This document shows positions 52,929-64,000 of a DNA stretch of 64,000 nt, in pieces. The notes beneath the pieces were generated by a model. That model was not told the origin of the DNA and searched no databases. It was given only the letters and a program-made list of their open reading frames with translations. A program made the translations under genes and the position numbers. The stretch comes from the human T2T-CHM13v2.0 reference genome, Homo sapiens, in assembly GCF_009914755.1 (NCBI RefSeq), contig NC_060937.1, one strand, 5' to 3'. Positions within the stretch are counted from its first letter, which is position 1; the number at the start of each line of letters is the position of its first letter.

Positions 52929-54726
52929 GTTTACACTAAGATTGTTGTCATAACTAGCTGACTGCTTGGACTGTGTTCCTAGAGAGAACCATAAATAAAA
53001 GGATAGAAGAAGGTTTCTTTCAATGCCTAGAATGTGTCAGGGTGAGATGGACAATTCCCTTCCCTAAATTCTACTCCCCAGACCCGAGGGGCAGCGGTAA
53101 GCAAGAAGTGACTCTACACATCCTAGAAATCTTAAGCTTTGCAATGGAACTGAGCTGCATTCTCTCAGAGAGAAGTAACAATGCCTGTCTGACCCACTTC
53201 AAAGAGCTCTTCGGAAGATAATGCATACATGTATTCCGTAATTGTCACACTGGTATCGTATCCATCATCTGCTCCTCCATATATATTTCTGTGAGCCTGC
53301 CCTAAAAAGAACCTCTTTTCTGCCCGGACTCAACTCTTTCCCCAGATTTCCCATCAGGGCTTGCCCCAGAAAGACTGAATTCTTCTACTACCATGCCACA
53401 TATTGCTCATTTCCTTCTTCCAAATCTGATGTGTGTAGAAAACCTGTTCTACCTGTGGCTATACATTGGCCTTATCACAGTCTCTTCTCTTTATCTCACC
53501 TACCTCAATCGAATCAGTCACCAACATCTGTTTATTCTACTTCAAAAATTTCTCTCAAATCTAGGCTCTCCATTGTCAATTAGTTGGTTCAGTCTCATTC
53601 CATCTAACCCAAGTTGTTACAGGTTTTCTAACTGATTATTTTGCCTCTGGTCTGACCAACTTTCCACCTCTCCATCCTAAAAAACAAATCAGATCATGCC
53701 ACTCTTGCTTCATCATTTGCGTTGTTATTTGCATTAAAATTCATACTGTGAAAAGACCACCATCTGAGTAAAGAAAGCCCCCTCATCAGCAGGTCTGAAA
53801 TATTTCTCTACTTTCCAGAGATGAGTGAGTGATTCCAACAGAGACCTATGACTGCTTATGGGCCATCTTGGAAGTTCCAGAAGGTGCCAGTTCAAAACTA
53901 AATGATGTTCCAATGATCATTTATAGAAATGGATCGATATTAAAGCTGAAATGTGTTCTTTGTCAAAGATGTTTTTAAATCTCCTCCATGTGATTTCTCT
54001 GTGTTCCTCATTTCATTAGTCACGAATTACACAACTCTTTTTCCTATTTTTCTGCTTCAATATTTCATCTTACCTCTGCCATTCCCCACCCTACTTCCCC
54101 TTGGCAGTCTTCACTCCTGTGATTTTGGAAAAAAAAAAAAAAAGTGGGATATTGGATGTTTTATTTTCATATTGCGCCAAATGATACATCTCAGCCACAT
54201 TCTTCCTGTCATCCAAACTACCCCATGCTTTCTTTGCTTTCAAAGAAACACCATCTATATCTACTACCTAATTTGGCATCTCCTTTTTCAAGTTCTCATC
54301 TCATTTACCTCAAAATAGTTATTTCTCTGACAAGTAAGAAGCTGAATAAACTACTTCTAATAAAGCAAACCATCTGATACCCACCTTTTGAAATTAATTG
54401 TAGACTACTATTTTATTCCCTTTACACTCAGGTAGCTTCTAAACAAAAAGAACACAATATGCTAAATAAGTTATTTGGGAACAGAGATCAGCATTCTAAC
54501 ATAACACTTCTAATGCTTAATTATTTTAAGCAAACATCTCATTCACAGAAATCACAGATCATCAGAAACTGCCTATTAGACTATGAAATATGAAAGGTGC
54601 TTGATGAAAAAGGAAAAGCTCTTTTTAAAGGTAATTGGAGAGGCGTATTTAACATTTCCAGTTTTTTGACAGAGATTTTGTATTATTTTACATGGGCTAG
54701 GAAATTGCATATTGAATTGTATATTA

Positions 54727-54829
54727 GGTTAGAAATTGTATACATATACAATATATATTATACACATACTATATATAATATTTAAATATATATTTATATA
54801 ATATATTGTATATATACAATTTTCTAACC
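54727..54829. repeat. Imperfect AT-rich palindrome
   Basis: ggttagaaattgtatacatatacaatatatattata ... tataatatattgtatatatacaattttctaacc. Confidence 0.85.
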
Positions 54830-54939
54830 CACATAAATATAAAATCTTGATACAGAATATACATATTCTATATTTTACAGACACATCTACATTATATATT
54901 TTACATATTATATATATCTATTTTTTCCCCACCAAAAAT

Positions 54940-56740
54940 ACAATCTCTGGCCATTTCCACTTCCTTTGGAAGTTCAGATACAGGTTCTCAGTTCCTTCAC
55001 CTAAGATTTTCTCTCTCCTCTCTCTGCAGGCTTCTCCTAAGCATATCTCTTCCATTCTCATGGCTTTATATATCATGACTACCATAATTGTATTTCTGGA
55101 TCAGAATTATTTTCTGAGCTCCAGACACGAACGTGCAGCCAGCCTCTTGAAAAGTCCACTTAGTTGTCCCAAAAGCAATTTAACACTCATCTTAACCAAA
55201 ACCTTGATTTTTCTGCTTCAGAATTAATTGCTTCTCCTCCCGCCTGCAGATTCTCGGTAAATGGCACTGGCAACTACCTAGTAGCTTCAACCCCAAAAAC
55301 CTAGAAGTCACACTCTGCACAGCCCTTCACCAAGATTTGTCAATACAGTCTCTATATAACTTTACTTCACTTTATAAATTTCTGCATTGCCCCTCCAACT
55401 CCACTGCCAGTGCTTTACATCAAGCCACCATCACCCCATGCCTGCATTGCCTCCATAGGCTGCCACAGTTTTCTTCACTCTCTATAGTATGAGCAGCAAT
55501 GAGTGATCTTTGTAAAACACAGATTGGTTCACATTACTGTTTGCTCAAAATCTTTCAATAGACTGAGAGATTGTGTTCTCCACAGATGGCCAAAATAACT
55601 CCATCCCACAGGCTCGTATGACCACATGTGCTATGTCTAAATGTGTCTCCCCCAGAATGTATGTGTTGGAAACTTGGTCCCCAGTGCAACAGTGTTGGAA
55701 GGTGGGGACTTTCAGGAGGTGTTTTGGTCATAAGGGCTCTACCCTCATGAATGGATTAATGCTGCTACAAAAAGGGCTTGTGGGAGTGGGTTTAATCTTT
55801 CTTTCCCTTCCTCCTTCCACCATATGAGGACCCAGCAAGAAGACATCTCGTCAGATGCTGGTGCCTTGATCTTGGACCCCCCAACCTCTAGAATTGTGAG
55901 ATAATATATTTCTGTTCTTTATAAATTACCCAGTCTCGGGTATTCTGTTATAACAGCACAAGTGAACTAAGGCATGTCACTATGATTCTTCTCCACCAAA
56001 AGGTGGAGTATAGCTCCCCTCCCTTGACTCTGATCTAGCCTTATTATTGACTTCCAATAGAAAGCAGTGGAAGTGACACCATGTGACTTCAAAGCCTACC
56101 GTCAAGAAGAGCCATGAAGATTCTAGTAATCTGAAAACAGTAATCTGTTTTCTTTGAGGCACTTGCTTTGGGAAAAGCCAACTGGCACATGAAAGTTCAG
56201 CTATCCTGAGACTACTGTTTTGCAAAGGCCACACATAGGCGTTCCAATCAACAGCCTTAGCTGAACTCCCAGGACCAACTGCCGGCCATGAGTGACACAT
56301 CTCAACCATCCAGCTCAGTCATGACTTCAAATGACTATAGCCCCAGCCAACACCTGGCCATAACCACATAAGATACTCTGAATGAGAACTTCCTAAACAG
56401 CCCCTTCCTTAAATATTGGCCCACAACATTTTTAGCAGAAACAAAATGGTTGTTCTTATACCACTAAATTGAGAGGTAATTTGTTATACAGCGTTAGTGG
56501 CTAGATCAGCTTCCCATCATCCTCAGGATAAATCCAAAATTATTTCTGGAACCTACAGGGCCCTGCATGATCTGGCTCCTTGCTATTCCCCTGGCCTTTT
56601 TTGTGCCTTGGTCACCAGGCTTCAAACACACTGACCCTTGCTTCTTCATTAGGAATTTTGCTGAGGCTATGGTTTTCCCATCCTGGAATGCACTCTTCAC
56701 CTGGCTAACACCAACTCAGTCCTCAGGTCTTAACTGCCAA
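54940..56740 (+). mobile_element. L2 split by an MLT1F/G-like LTR (~55572-56508)
   Basis: L2 tctgagctccagac...aaacctagaagtca...ctccactgcca; resumes gcttcccatcatcctcaggataaatccaaa after the LTR. Confidence 0.7.
55629..55974 (+). mobile_element. MSTD-like solo LTR nested in the MLT1 LTR
   Basis: tgctatgtctaaatgtg...ctcatgaatggattaatg...ataaattacccagtctcgggtattctgttataacagca...actaaggca. Confidence 0.85.
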
Positions 56741-56979
56741 ATCTTTAAGAAAGCTAAAAGGATCCATGGCATGGAGCAAAAGCTTGGGTGGCAGTGGTTA
56801 TTTTTAAGATGAAAGAAATGAGCTGAAGTATCCTGTGATAGGAAGGAGTCAGTGGAAAGGGAAAGATCAATGATGTGGGAAAGAAAGGATGACTAATGGA
56901 GATGGGGTGCTCCAGGCATTGCATGCCCACCTCAGATGTCAAAGAGAAGAAATAAAGGACAGGTAGCATGTGATACCAC

Positions 56980-57422
56980 ATGCAATCAATGCAAACCTGC
57001 TCTACTCAGCTAAGGCTGACCTGTGAGGACTACCCAACCAGCTCTGAAGCTCTAGTTTCCCTTGGGATCAGCCAGTGTGAAATCCTGGTGAGAAACTGGT
57101 AGGAAAGAGGAGAGAGAAGTGGGAATATTTGGTCCCCCAGATTTCTCCCTATGGGATCACTTCTGGTTGGCTGCTTTCATTGTCTTGCAATGGTCACACT
57201 CCTGTTAAAGTGGCCCTCTTCACACTGGCTGCTTTGAGATTCCAGGAGCTACCCTCCCTTTCCCCATCACAGTCCCCTCTGTTACCAGTACTGGGTGATC
57301 CACTGTCACCTGGGGTACCCTATATCCAACAATGCCTTTAAAAATAGGTTGTTTATTCAGCCATACTCAAATTACCCCAATTTACATATGACATTTGTTT
57401 CTTGCTGCGCCCCTGTCAGATA
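56980..57422 (+). mobile_element. LTR33-like ERVL LTR
   Basis: ggaaagaggagagagaagtgggaatatttggtcccc...ctcaaattacccca...catttgtttcttgctg. Confidence 0.55.
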
Positions 57423-58529
57423 TGAGTGGGAATGCTGATGAATAAATAAATGGAAAGAGCAAGAAAATGTGAAGCAGGCAACAAACTCAACATCTGATCT
57501 TATTCCAGTTAATAGGTCACTAGAACAACATTACCATTAGATCAAGGAACAAAATGAAAGCACTGTGGGATTGTCATCTATATAAATAGAAAGAATGCCT
57601 CTCCCATTAAACAATGAAATCAAGCTTTTCTTTTTTCCACATGGAAGCTCTGACCTAACAGAGTTCATGAGCAATCACAGAAAACAAATCAGATGAGCCA
57701 TTTTACTCCTTTTCAGTTACCCACACATGGCAAACTCAGAACACCACCTTTGCCATAAATATCACAGTGGCCTCTGCAAACTAGAATACTTTAATTCTTT
57801 CTATAAGTTGTTCAGAGTAAAAATAAATAAATACATGACTGAATTAGGGAAAATCTACTCTGCCTGAGATCCACTGGGTGTGTGTCAACTCTTGAAATAA
57901 CCCTGGCTCCTGAAGAAGGGATAGCAAAAGTATAAATGAGAAATTCTGGTTCCAGTTAATTTCCCACCATCTTTAACATCCCTCCTATTTTAAAAGCCTA
58001 TTTTTAAAGCTTTTAAAATTATTATTATTGTTATAATTGTGTTTTTACTACTGAAGAGAAATGCTAAGATTATTTATACTGCTTGTGGAGCATTTGCTCT
58101 GTGCCAGGCAGAGTCCTAAGAAGTTCTATAAATCAAATCATGTCATCCTCATGTCTATCCTATAAGGAAAACACTCATTGCTCTTATTTTCAGATGAGAA
58201 AACAAAAGTACAGAGAGGTGACACAAGTTGCCAAAGTCACACTGTTTTTGTTATGAAGATACCCAGCAGGGTAGCAGGGTCATCAGGGGACAATTTATAA
58301 CTGGAATGCTTGAGAGATGAGCTTTTGTTTTCCTTCTTTTCTTTTTAACTGCCAAAAAATGGTCTCCAATTTATGGAAGTTTGGATCTGTTTTGACCTCA
58401 AGATTATCTGGGAAGTAACACAGAGCCTTACTTTTTTTTCTGCTGTATTAACCCCAAATAAAGATTACCAAATCACATTCATTGTCATGAAGGTTTTTCC
58501 TGTAACTTGTCCATTTGGTATCATCAGAT

Positions 58530-59298
58530 GTGATTCTAGAAAAGCAGAATTACACTGAGAATAAAAAGAAGTATATTTAACTACTTCATACCTGCTAATA
58601 GCTATTATATTTTTTAAAACACAAAATAATGTTGGCAAGGATATATAGAAATGGGAGATCTTGTGCATTACTGGTAAGAAATGGGCACAGCTGCTATGGA
58701 AAAGTTTGACCTTTCCGCAAAATGTTCAACATATTACTATATGATCCAGCAATTTCACTTCTGGGTATATGCCCATAAAGAATTTAAAGCAAGGACTTAA
58801 ACAGATACCTGTACACCAATGTTCACAGCAGCATTTTATTCACAACAGCCAAAAGGACAACCCAAGTGTCCATCAATGGAGAAATAAAATGTGGATAGTG
58901 GAATAGTCAGCCTTAAAATGGAAGACAATTAACACATGCTACGATGGATGAGCTTTTCATTCATTATGCTAAAAGAAATAAGCCAAACACAAAAGGACAA
59001 ATATTATTCCATTTTTATGAGGTATCTAGAATAGATAAATGCATAGAAACAGAAAGCAGAATGGTGGCTACTAGGCTGTAGGGGAAAATGAGAGTAGAAA
59101 GTTGTTATTTAAAGGGTACAGAGTTTCAGATTGAAAGAAAGAATTTTGGAAATGGATAAAGGTGCTGATTGTACAACATTGTAAATATACTTAATGCCCA
59201 CTGACTTGTACACCTAAAAATGATTAAAATGGTAAATTGTACCTTATTTATATTTCACCACAGTAAAAAAAAAAAAAAAGAAAGAAAAAGAAAAAAAA
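58530..59298 (+). mobile_element. L1MB-like 3' end with A-tail
   Basis: atgatccagcaatttcacttctgggtat; agccaaacacaaaaggacaaatatt; gggtacagagtttcag; polyA 59265-59298. Confidence 0.85.
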
Positions 59299-59939
59299 GT
59301 GGATTTCATTTCATTCCACCTCTGACCTTTTCTTAGTAACTTCGAGCAAACCACAAAATCTCTGAAACTCAGTTTTATGATTTGTAAATTAATGAGGTTT
59401 TTGGATTTATCAGAAATCAAAAAATAGTTGTTGTCCCTAGAAGAGGTGAATTCAACAAAGTCTGTGCTTTTCAAAATACCCAACTTATAACCTTTAAAAA
59501 GATTTTACCCAAAAATCCAAATTTGCAGCTTTTATTTTTTTAAAAATCAAAATAGGGGAACACATTCTATTTTATGGAATAAGGTCTGGCCCATTCTTTT
59601 AAAAACAAAAAAATAAGTTTTTAATAATTAAAAATAGCAGTTTCCACTCATGGATGTAAAGGACTATAAAGAGTTTTTTTCCGACTCTTACATCCAAAAA
59701 AAAAAAAAAAGACAAGTAAACTCCAAGTTCATAAGTCTTCTTAAAACCAGAGTTGAGGTGACAGACAATCAAATCATTCCAAAATAAAAAAAGAGACAGA
59801 CGTCTGCAGAGAAACATAGGACATAGACACTTGCTTACCTGGGGCAGACCCAACTGAACACTAGTTGGAAAAATTCAGCTGGAATAGTTAATGACTCCAT
59901 GGAGCATGGGTATGGTCCGGCAAGAGACTGAAGACCCAA

Positions 59940-60248
59940 GTCTTTAGTTTTTGTTTGCATAGATAAACAACAGAAATTTATTGCTCACAGTTTGAGGCTG
60001 GAAAGTCCAAGGTCAATGCACTGGCAGATTCGGTATCTGGTTCAGGAATGATGCTTTCTTGCGTGTCCTCACAGGGTGGGAGAGAAAACAAGCTCCCTAA
60101 GGCCTCTTTTGTAAGGGCACTAATTCCATCATGAGCACTCCACCCTTGCGACCTAATCACCTCCTAAAGACCCCACCTCTTAATACTATTGATTTGGGGA
60201 TTAAGTTTCAACACATGAATTTTGGAGGGATACATTCAGATTATAGCA
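59940..60248 (-). mobile_element. MLT1A-like solo LTR
   Basis: acaacagaaatttattgctcacag...gggattaagtttcaacacatgaattttggaggg...attatagca. Confidence 0.82.
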
Positions 60249-62979
60249 CTCTAAAGCAAACTCCTCAAACTTTTCTAACTTTTGTGGTTTCAAATGATGT
60301 TTGGCACCTGTGGGTGTCAGGTAGAACCTGAAGTCAATGTGTCATATAGCTATGTTTTTATTATAATGATACTGGTAGAAAGGCCCTGTACATCAATTAA
60401 TAAGAAAAAATATCACATTTTAAAACATCTTGAGATCTAATTTACATGTACTAAAATACACAGCTTTTGAATGTATAAGTTAACAATTGCCTACACTTGA
60501 GTAATCTCCTTAATCAAGATATGGAATACTTCCATCACCCCAGATGTTCCTTCATGTCCCTCTCCATGCATTCCTCCAGCACCCTATGTCTCTGCTCCAG
60601 AGGCAGCCATAGTTACTGAAAGGTTACTTCCTTGATCATCTGTGTTGTAGGTACAGAAGCTTTTGGTGAGATTAGAAATTAAATCTCTGCTTCAACATGA
60701 ATATGCAAAATATGGTGATACATTTGCACAACAGTGAGCATTGAGTTGTTCTGACACCTTTCTTGATATAGTGGGAAGAACTGCTGTGCCCTCAAGGGGA
60801 TTTTCTACTTCCTTATGTTCTGCTTAGACGAAATAGAGACAACGGTATCGAAGTGTTCTCCTTTATGCTAGCACTGTAATTGAGGATGAATTTATCAGAG
60901 TGTGAGAGTGATGTATTTTTGTAGCATGAAAACAATATAAACGTCAGAAATGGGTTTTTTTTACTTTAAAAAATGTCAAGATAATTTCAAGAGAGTAAGG
61001 AAGATATTCCTCACCCAGAGCAACTTATGTCTCATCTTCTTCTAATTAGATGGCTGTCAGTGCTTTTTGAAATTCTGATTCATCAGGGTTGCCCCCTCTT
61101 GCTAGAAGTAGTATTGAGGGAAGAGATCGTGCAAGTAAATATAGAGTTGGCACTTTCACTTATGCATCTGTGCTACAAAGTTATTTAATGATAGGCAGAA
61201 ATGTAATTTAAAGGGAGAAATTGGCAATTAGTTAACTCTCCCTTTGATTTACACAGGGCCAACAGTGGATTTGATTGAATGCCTTGAAATAATTACCATG
61301 TATGGGGAAAGGACTCCAAAATCAGCCCCCTGCCAGTGACACATGGCTTATAACCTCACATGTCCCATTACCATTTCCAATATGACTGACCTCTCCTCTG
61401 CCATCAGCTTGTTCTTGATCCCTTAAATGGTCATTAAGAAGTAAAGACTGAAAACCCTTTACCTCCCCCAAGGCAGAGCAGGATAAACAAACTCAGATGT
61501 CATCAGAACCAACTGTCCAGGGTTGATTATGTCCCCAGGGAAAGCTATCACTTCTAATCAGTTCTGAAAGGAGCTATTTCCCTTTCCCAGGGAAAACAAA
61601 ATCATTCCTCTGTGGAGTTCTAACAGATCCACTTAAGATTTCAGGGTTTATAAAAGGGACTCACTCACAGGGAGAGACAGACAGAGGTGAAAACTTTGCA
61701 ATAGACAGATTCTTTGAGAAAATTGTTACTCTTTAGAAAGATGACATTATGACCTGCACTCAAGACAATATTTTAAAAGCAGGTATGGCCTGTCAGTCAG
61801 AAATTCTACATTCAAGTGCAACTCTCCACTTACTAGCTGTGTGGCCCTGAGTAAGTCACCTGAGTTTCCAGGCCTCAAATGTTCCCATTTGTAGATGAGG
61901 TTAATGTTAATACCACTCATTGGGTATACTAGATGGTTTAAATGAGAATGAATTTAAAATATATTTGATTATTGTTATTTTGATAAAATATTGAACACAG
62001 ACATGAATTATTACCTTGTCAGAGTAAAAATTGAGTAAAGGAAATAGACAAAACAAGTAGGCAAATTGACCGACTGCTGAGAAGAGGGAGAGAGAGACAG
62101 AGATGAACCTGCATTTGGTGATCAGGGAAGAAAGTGGCGTATGAATGGAAATGTGAAGGACAAGAAAATGCCAGCCATGATAAAAACTAGGTGGAAAAAA
62201 TTCCAGGCAAAATGTACCAAAGTCCTGTGGTAGATAAAACAGCTCAATGAGTTGGAGAGAATGAAGCCAGACCAGTGACACTAGAACACAGTAACTGAGT
62301 GGGATTGTAACACAAAATGGTGATGGACAAAAGTTCTGGAATTTTGTCTCCTATTTTTCCCTTAAATTCTGAGATAGAAAATTTTGATGTGACAGATTAG
62401 AGGAGAACAATGGCAGATGGCTCACAATCAATGATAACAGAAATACTCCAGAGGCTTAAATTCTAAAACTTGGCTTGACCATCCTCATCAAAATTCCAAA
62501 TCTCCATGTACATTAAGCCTACAACATTCCAACATTCTTCCACTGACAAAATACAGGAAGATAAGAAATTGAGAGTATTTCATGATTGACCAGTGGGGGC
62601 CATTATTTGTTACCCAGATCAGTTGTTCTGACCTCCCCAGAAGACCCACCTCCAGTATAGAAGATTGGACCCCTGAGATTACTTAGAGTGAAAACTTAAG
62701 CAATATTGCACAGCCCAGTCAAGTGCAACAGGGTCAGGCACCACTGATTTTTCCATTCTAGCCATCCTCTGCTACATGATAACCAACAAGCAGCTGATCC
62801 ATATAGCTAGAAATGTTCATTCATTGCTTTTAGGTACCCTCATCAGGAAATTGTTAAAAAATAATAATAATAATGGCTGCCCAATTTGTACAGGAAACAC
62901 CTCTGTCCATTTGGGGCATCAACCCAGAATTTCTCTTCTTTACTCTCTACAGCCCCATCTTGCATGGTCCTACCCAAAT

Positions 62980-63940
62980 CTTTGCTGTGAAAACCAGATA
63001 TATTCTAATAACGCCCAAATCTATTGGCTCTAACCTCTCTGCCATATAGCACTCTTTGCTAACCACCTCCTAGATAGCTCCATTCATTTATACCACTAGC
63101 CTCTCAAATTTGAGATATCCAAAACAGAAATGATCAACTTTCCCCAAGGCAACTCCTCCCCATTAGAGGTACCATCCTCCACCAAACTACTCAAGCAAGA
63201 AAGCTGGGGCTCAATTTCACTTCTTTCTCTTCCACATTCCATTATCAATCCCCATAGCTTCTACTACCTGAATGTCTCTTGAGTCTTTCCTCCTCCCACC
63301 CACCCTATTAGGTCGGGCCCTTATTTTTTGCCTGGGTCTCCTGGCTTTCTCTGTGGCCTGCCCAAATTTATCCTTCACAGATATCACAGTGGTCTTTGTC
63401 AAAGGCAAACTTAGTCACATCAGTTTTCTGCTTAAAATTATTCAGTAGTATCTGCTACCCGTGTGTGTTTCAAAACAGCGGTCCTGTGCCCTCACTTAGG
63501 ACATCAGATCCTTCATGATCTGACTCCTTCCTGCCTCACTGGTTTTGTTTTCTTCACTCTCTCACATGCACCTTTCACTGCAGCCCAGCTCAGCCAGTTG
63601 AACTTCCACACCCACACATCTTACAGTCGATTGTTCCCTAATTTATTTTTCCATTTCTGCACTTGTTTTCTGAAGAAAACAAGTTCCTTCAGAACTCAGC
63701 TCAAGCTTTTCCCTCCCTTTATTTAGCTTAGCTGTGCTTTCTCCATGCCCCAAAATCACCCTATGCCAATTTGTACCTAGCACTCTCCATACTGGGCTAT
63801 ACTTACTGGTTTGCTTGTCTCACTAAATTGACTACAAATACTTAACAGAGGGCGTCTCTTTTTTTGTTTGCCAGATGCCTAACACCATGCACTGTATAAA
63901 CACATAAGCAGAATATTTAGCCAGCAGGATATTAATGCAC
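62980..63940 (+). mobile_element. Degraded L2
   Basis: cccaaatctattggctctaacc; ctcaagcaagaaagctgg; ccttcatgatctgactcc; gcctaacaccatgc. Confidence 0.65.
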
Positions 63941-64000
63941 AATATAAATGATCCAAAACTATAAAATGTACAGAGAAGAATGAAGTTTGGTTTTGTCTGA

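Noticed and set aside
53953-55227. Hydrophobic 120+ aa ORFs (53953-54318, 54847-55227) as membrane proteins
   Set aside because: They arise from T-rich low-complexity or L2 sequence with non-ATG starts and no recognisable domain.

Overview
Primate (human or great-ape) non-coding DNA, intergenic or deep intronic. It is AT-rich, has no CpG island, and is mostly interspersed repeats. I can support no protein-coding gene, tRNA, rRNA or CRISPR array; the recognisable ORFs are broken L1 ORF1/ORF2, MaLR-internal or Alu/LTR read-through frames. Main content: a complete MaLR provirus with two further nested insertions (1313-5007); an ERV9/LTR12 solo LTR inside an AluS (6848-7763); a near full-length ancient L1MA4A-like LINE interrupted by a young L1PA2 fragment (14561-21367); an antisense L1PA13/14; a head-to-head inverted pair of LTR9/MER61-like LTRs (29264-30218); a MADE1 hairpin (34006-34085); a 5'-intact L1PA8-like element fused to an L1PB-like fragment (43153-49817); and many L2/MIR/MLT remnants. 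Structures not explained by the repeats include a 36-bp perfect dispersed copy, a ~138-bp local duplication, a ~100-bp AT-rich palindrome and several snap-back micro-insertions. I did not find convincing evidence of a new biological system; the best leads are regulatory or structural. Subfamily names come from my recollection of consensus sequences and need RepeatMasker/Dfam confirmation.
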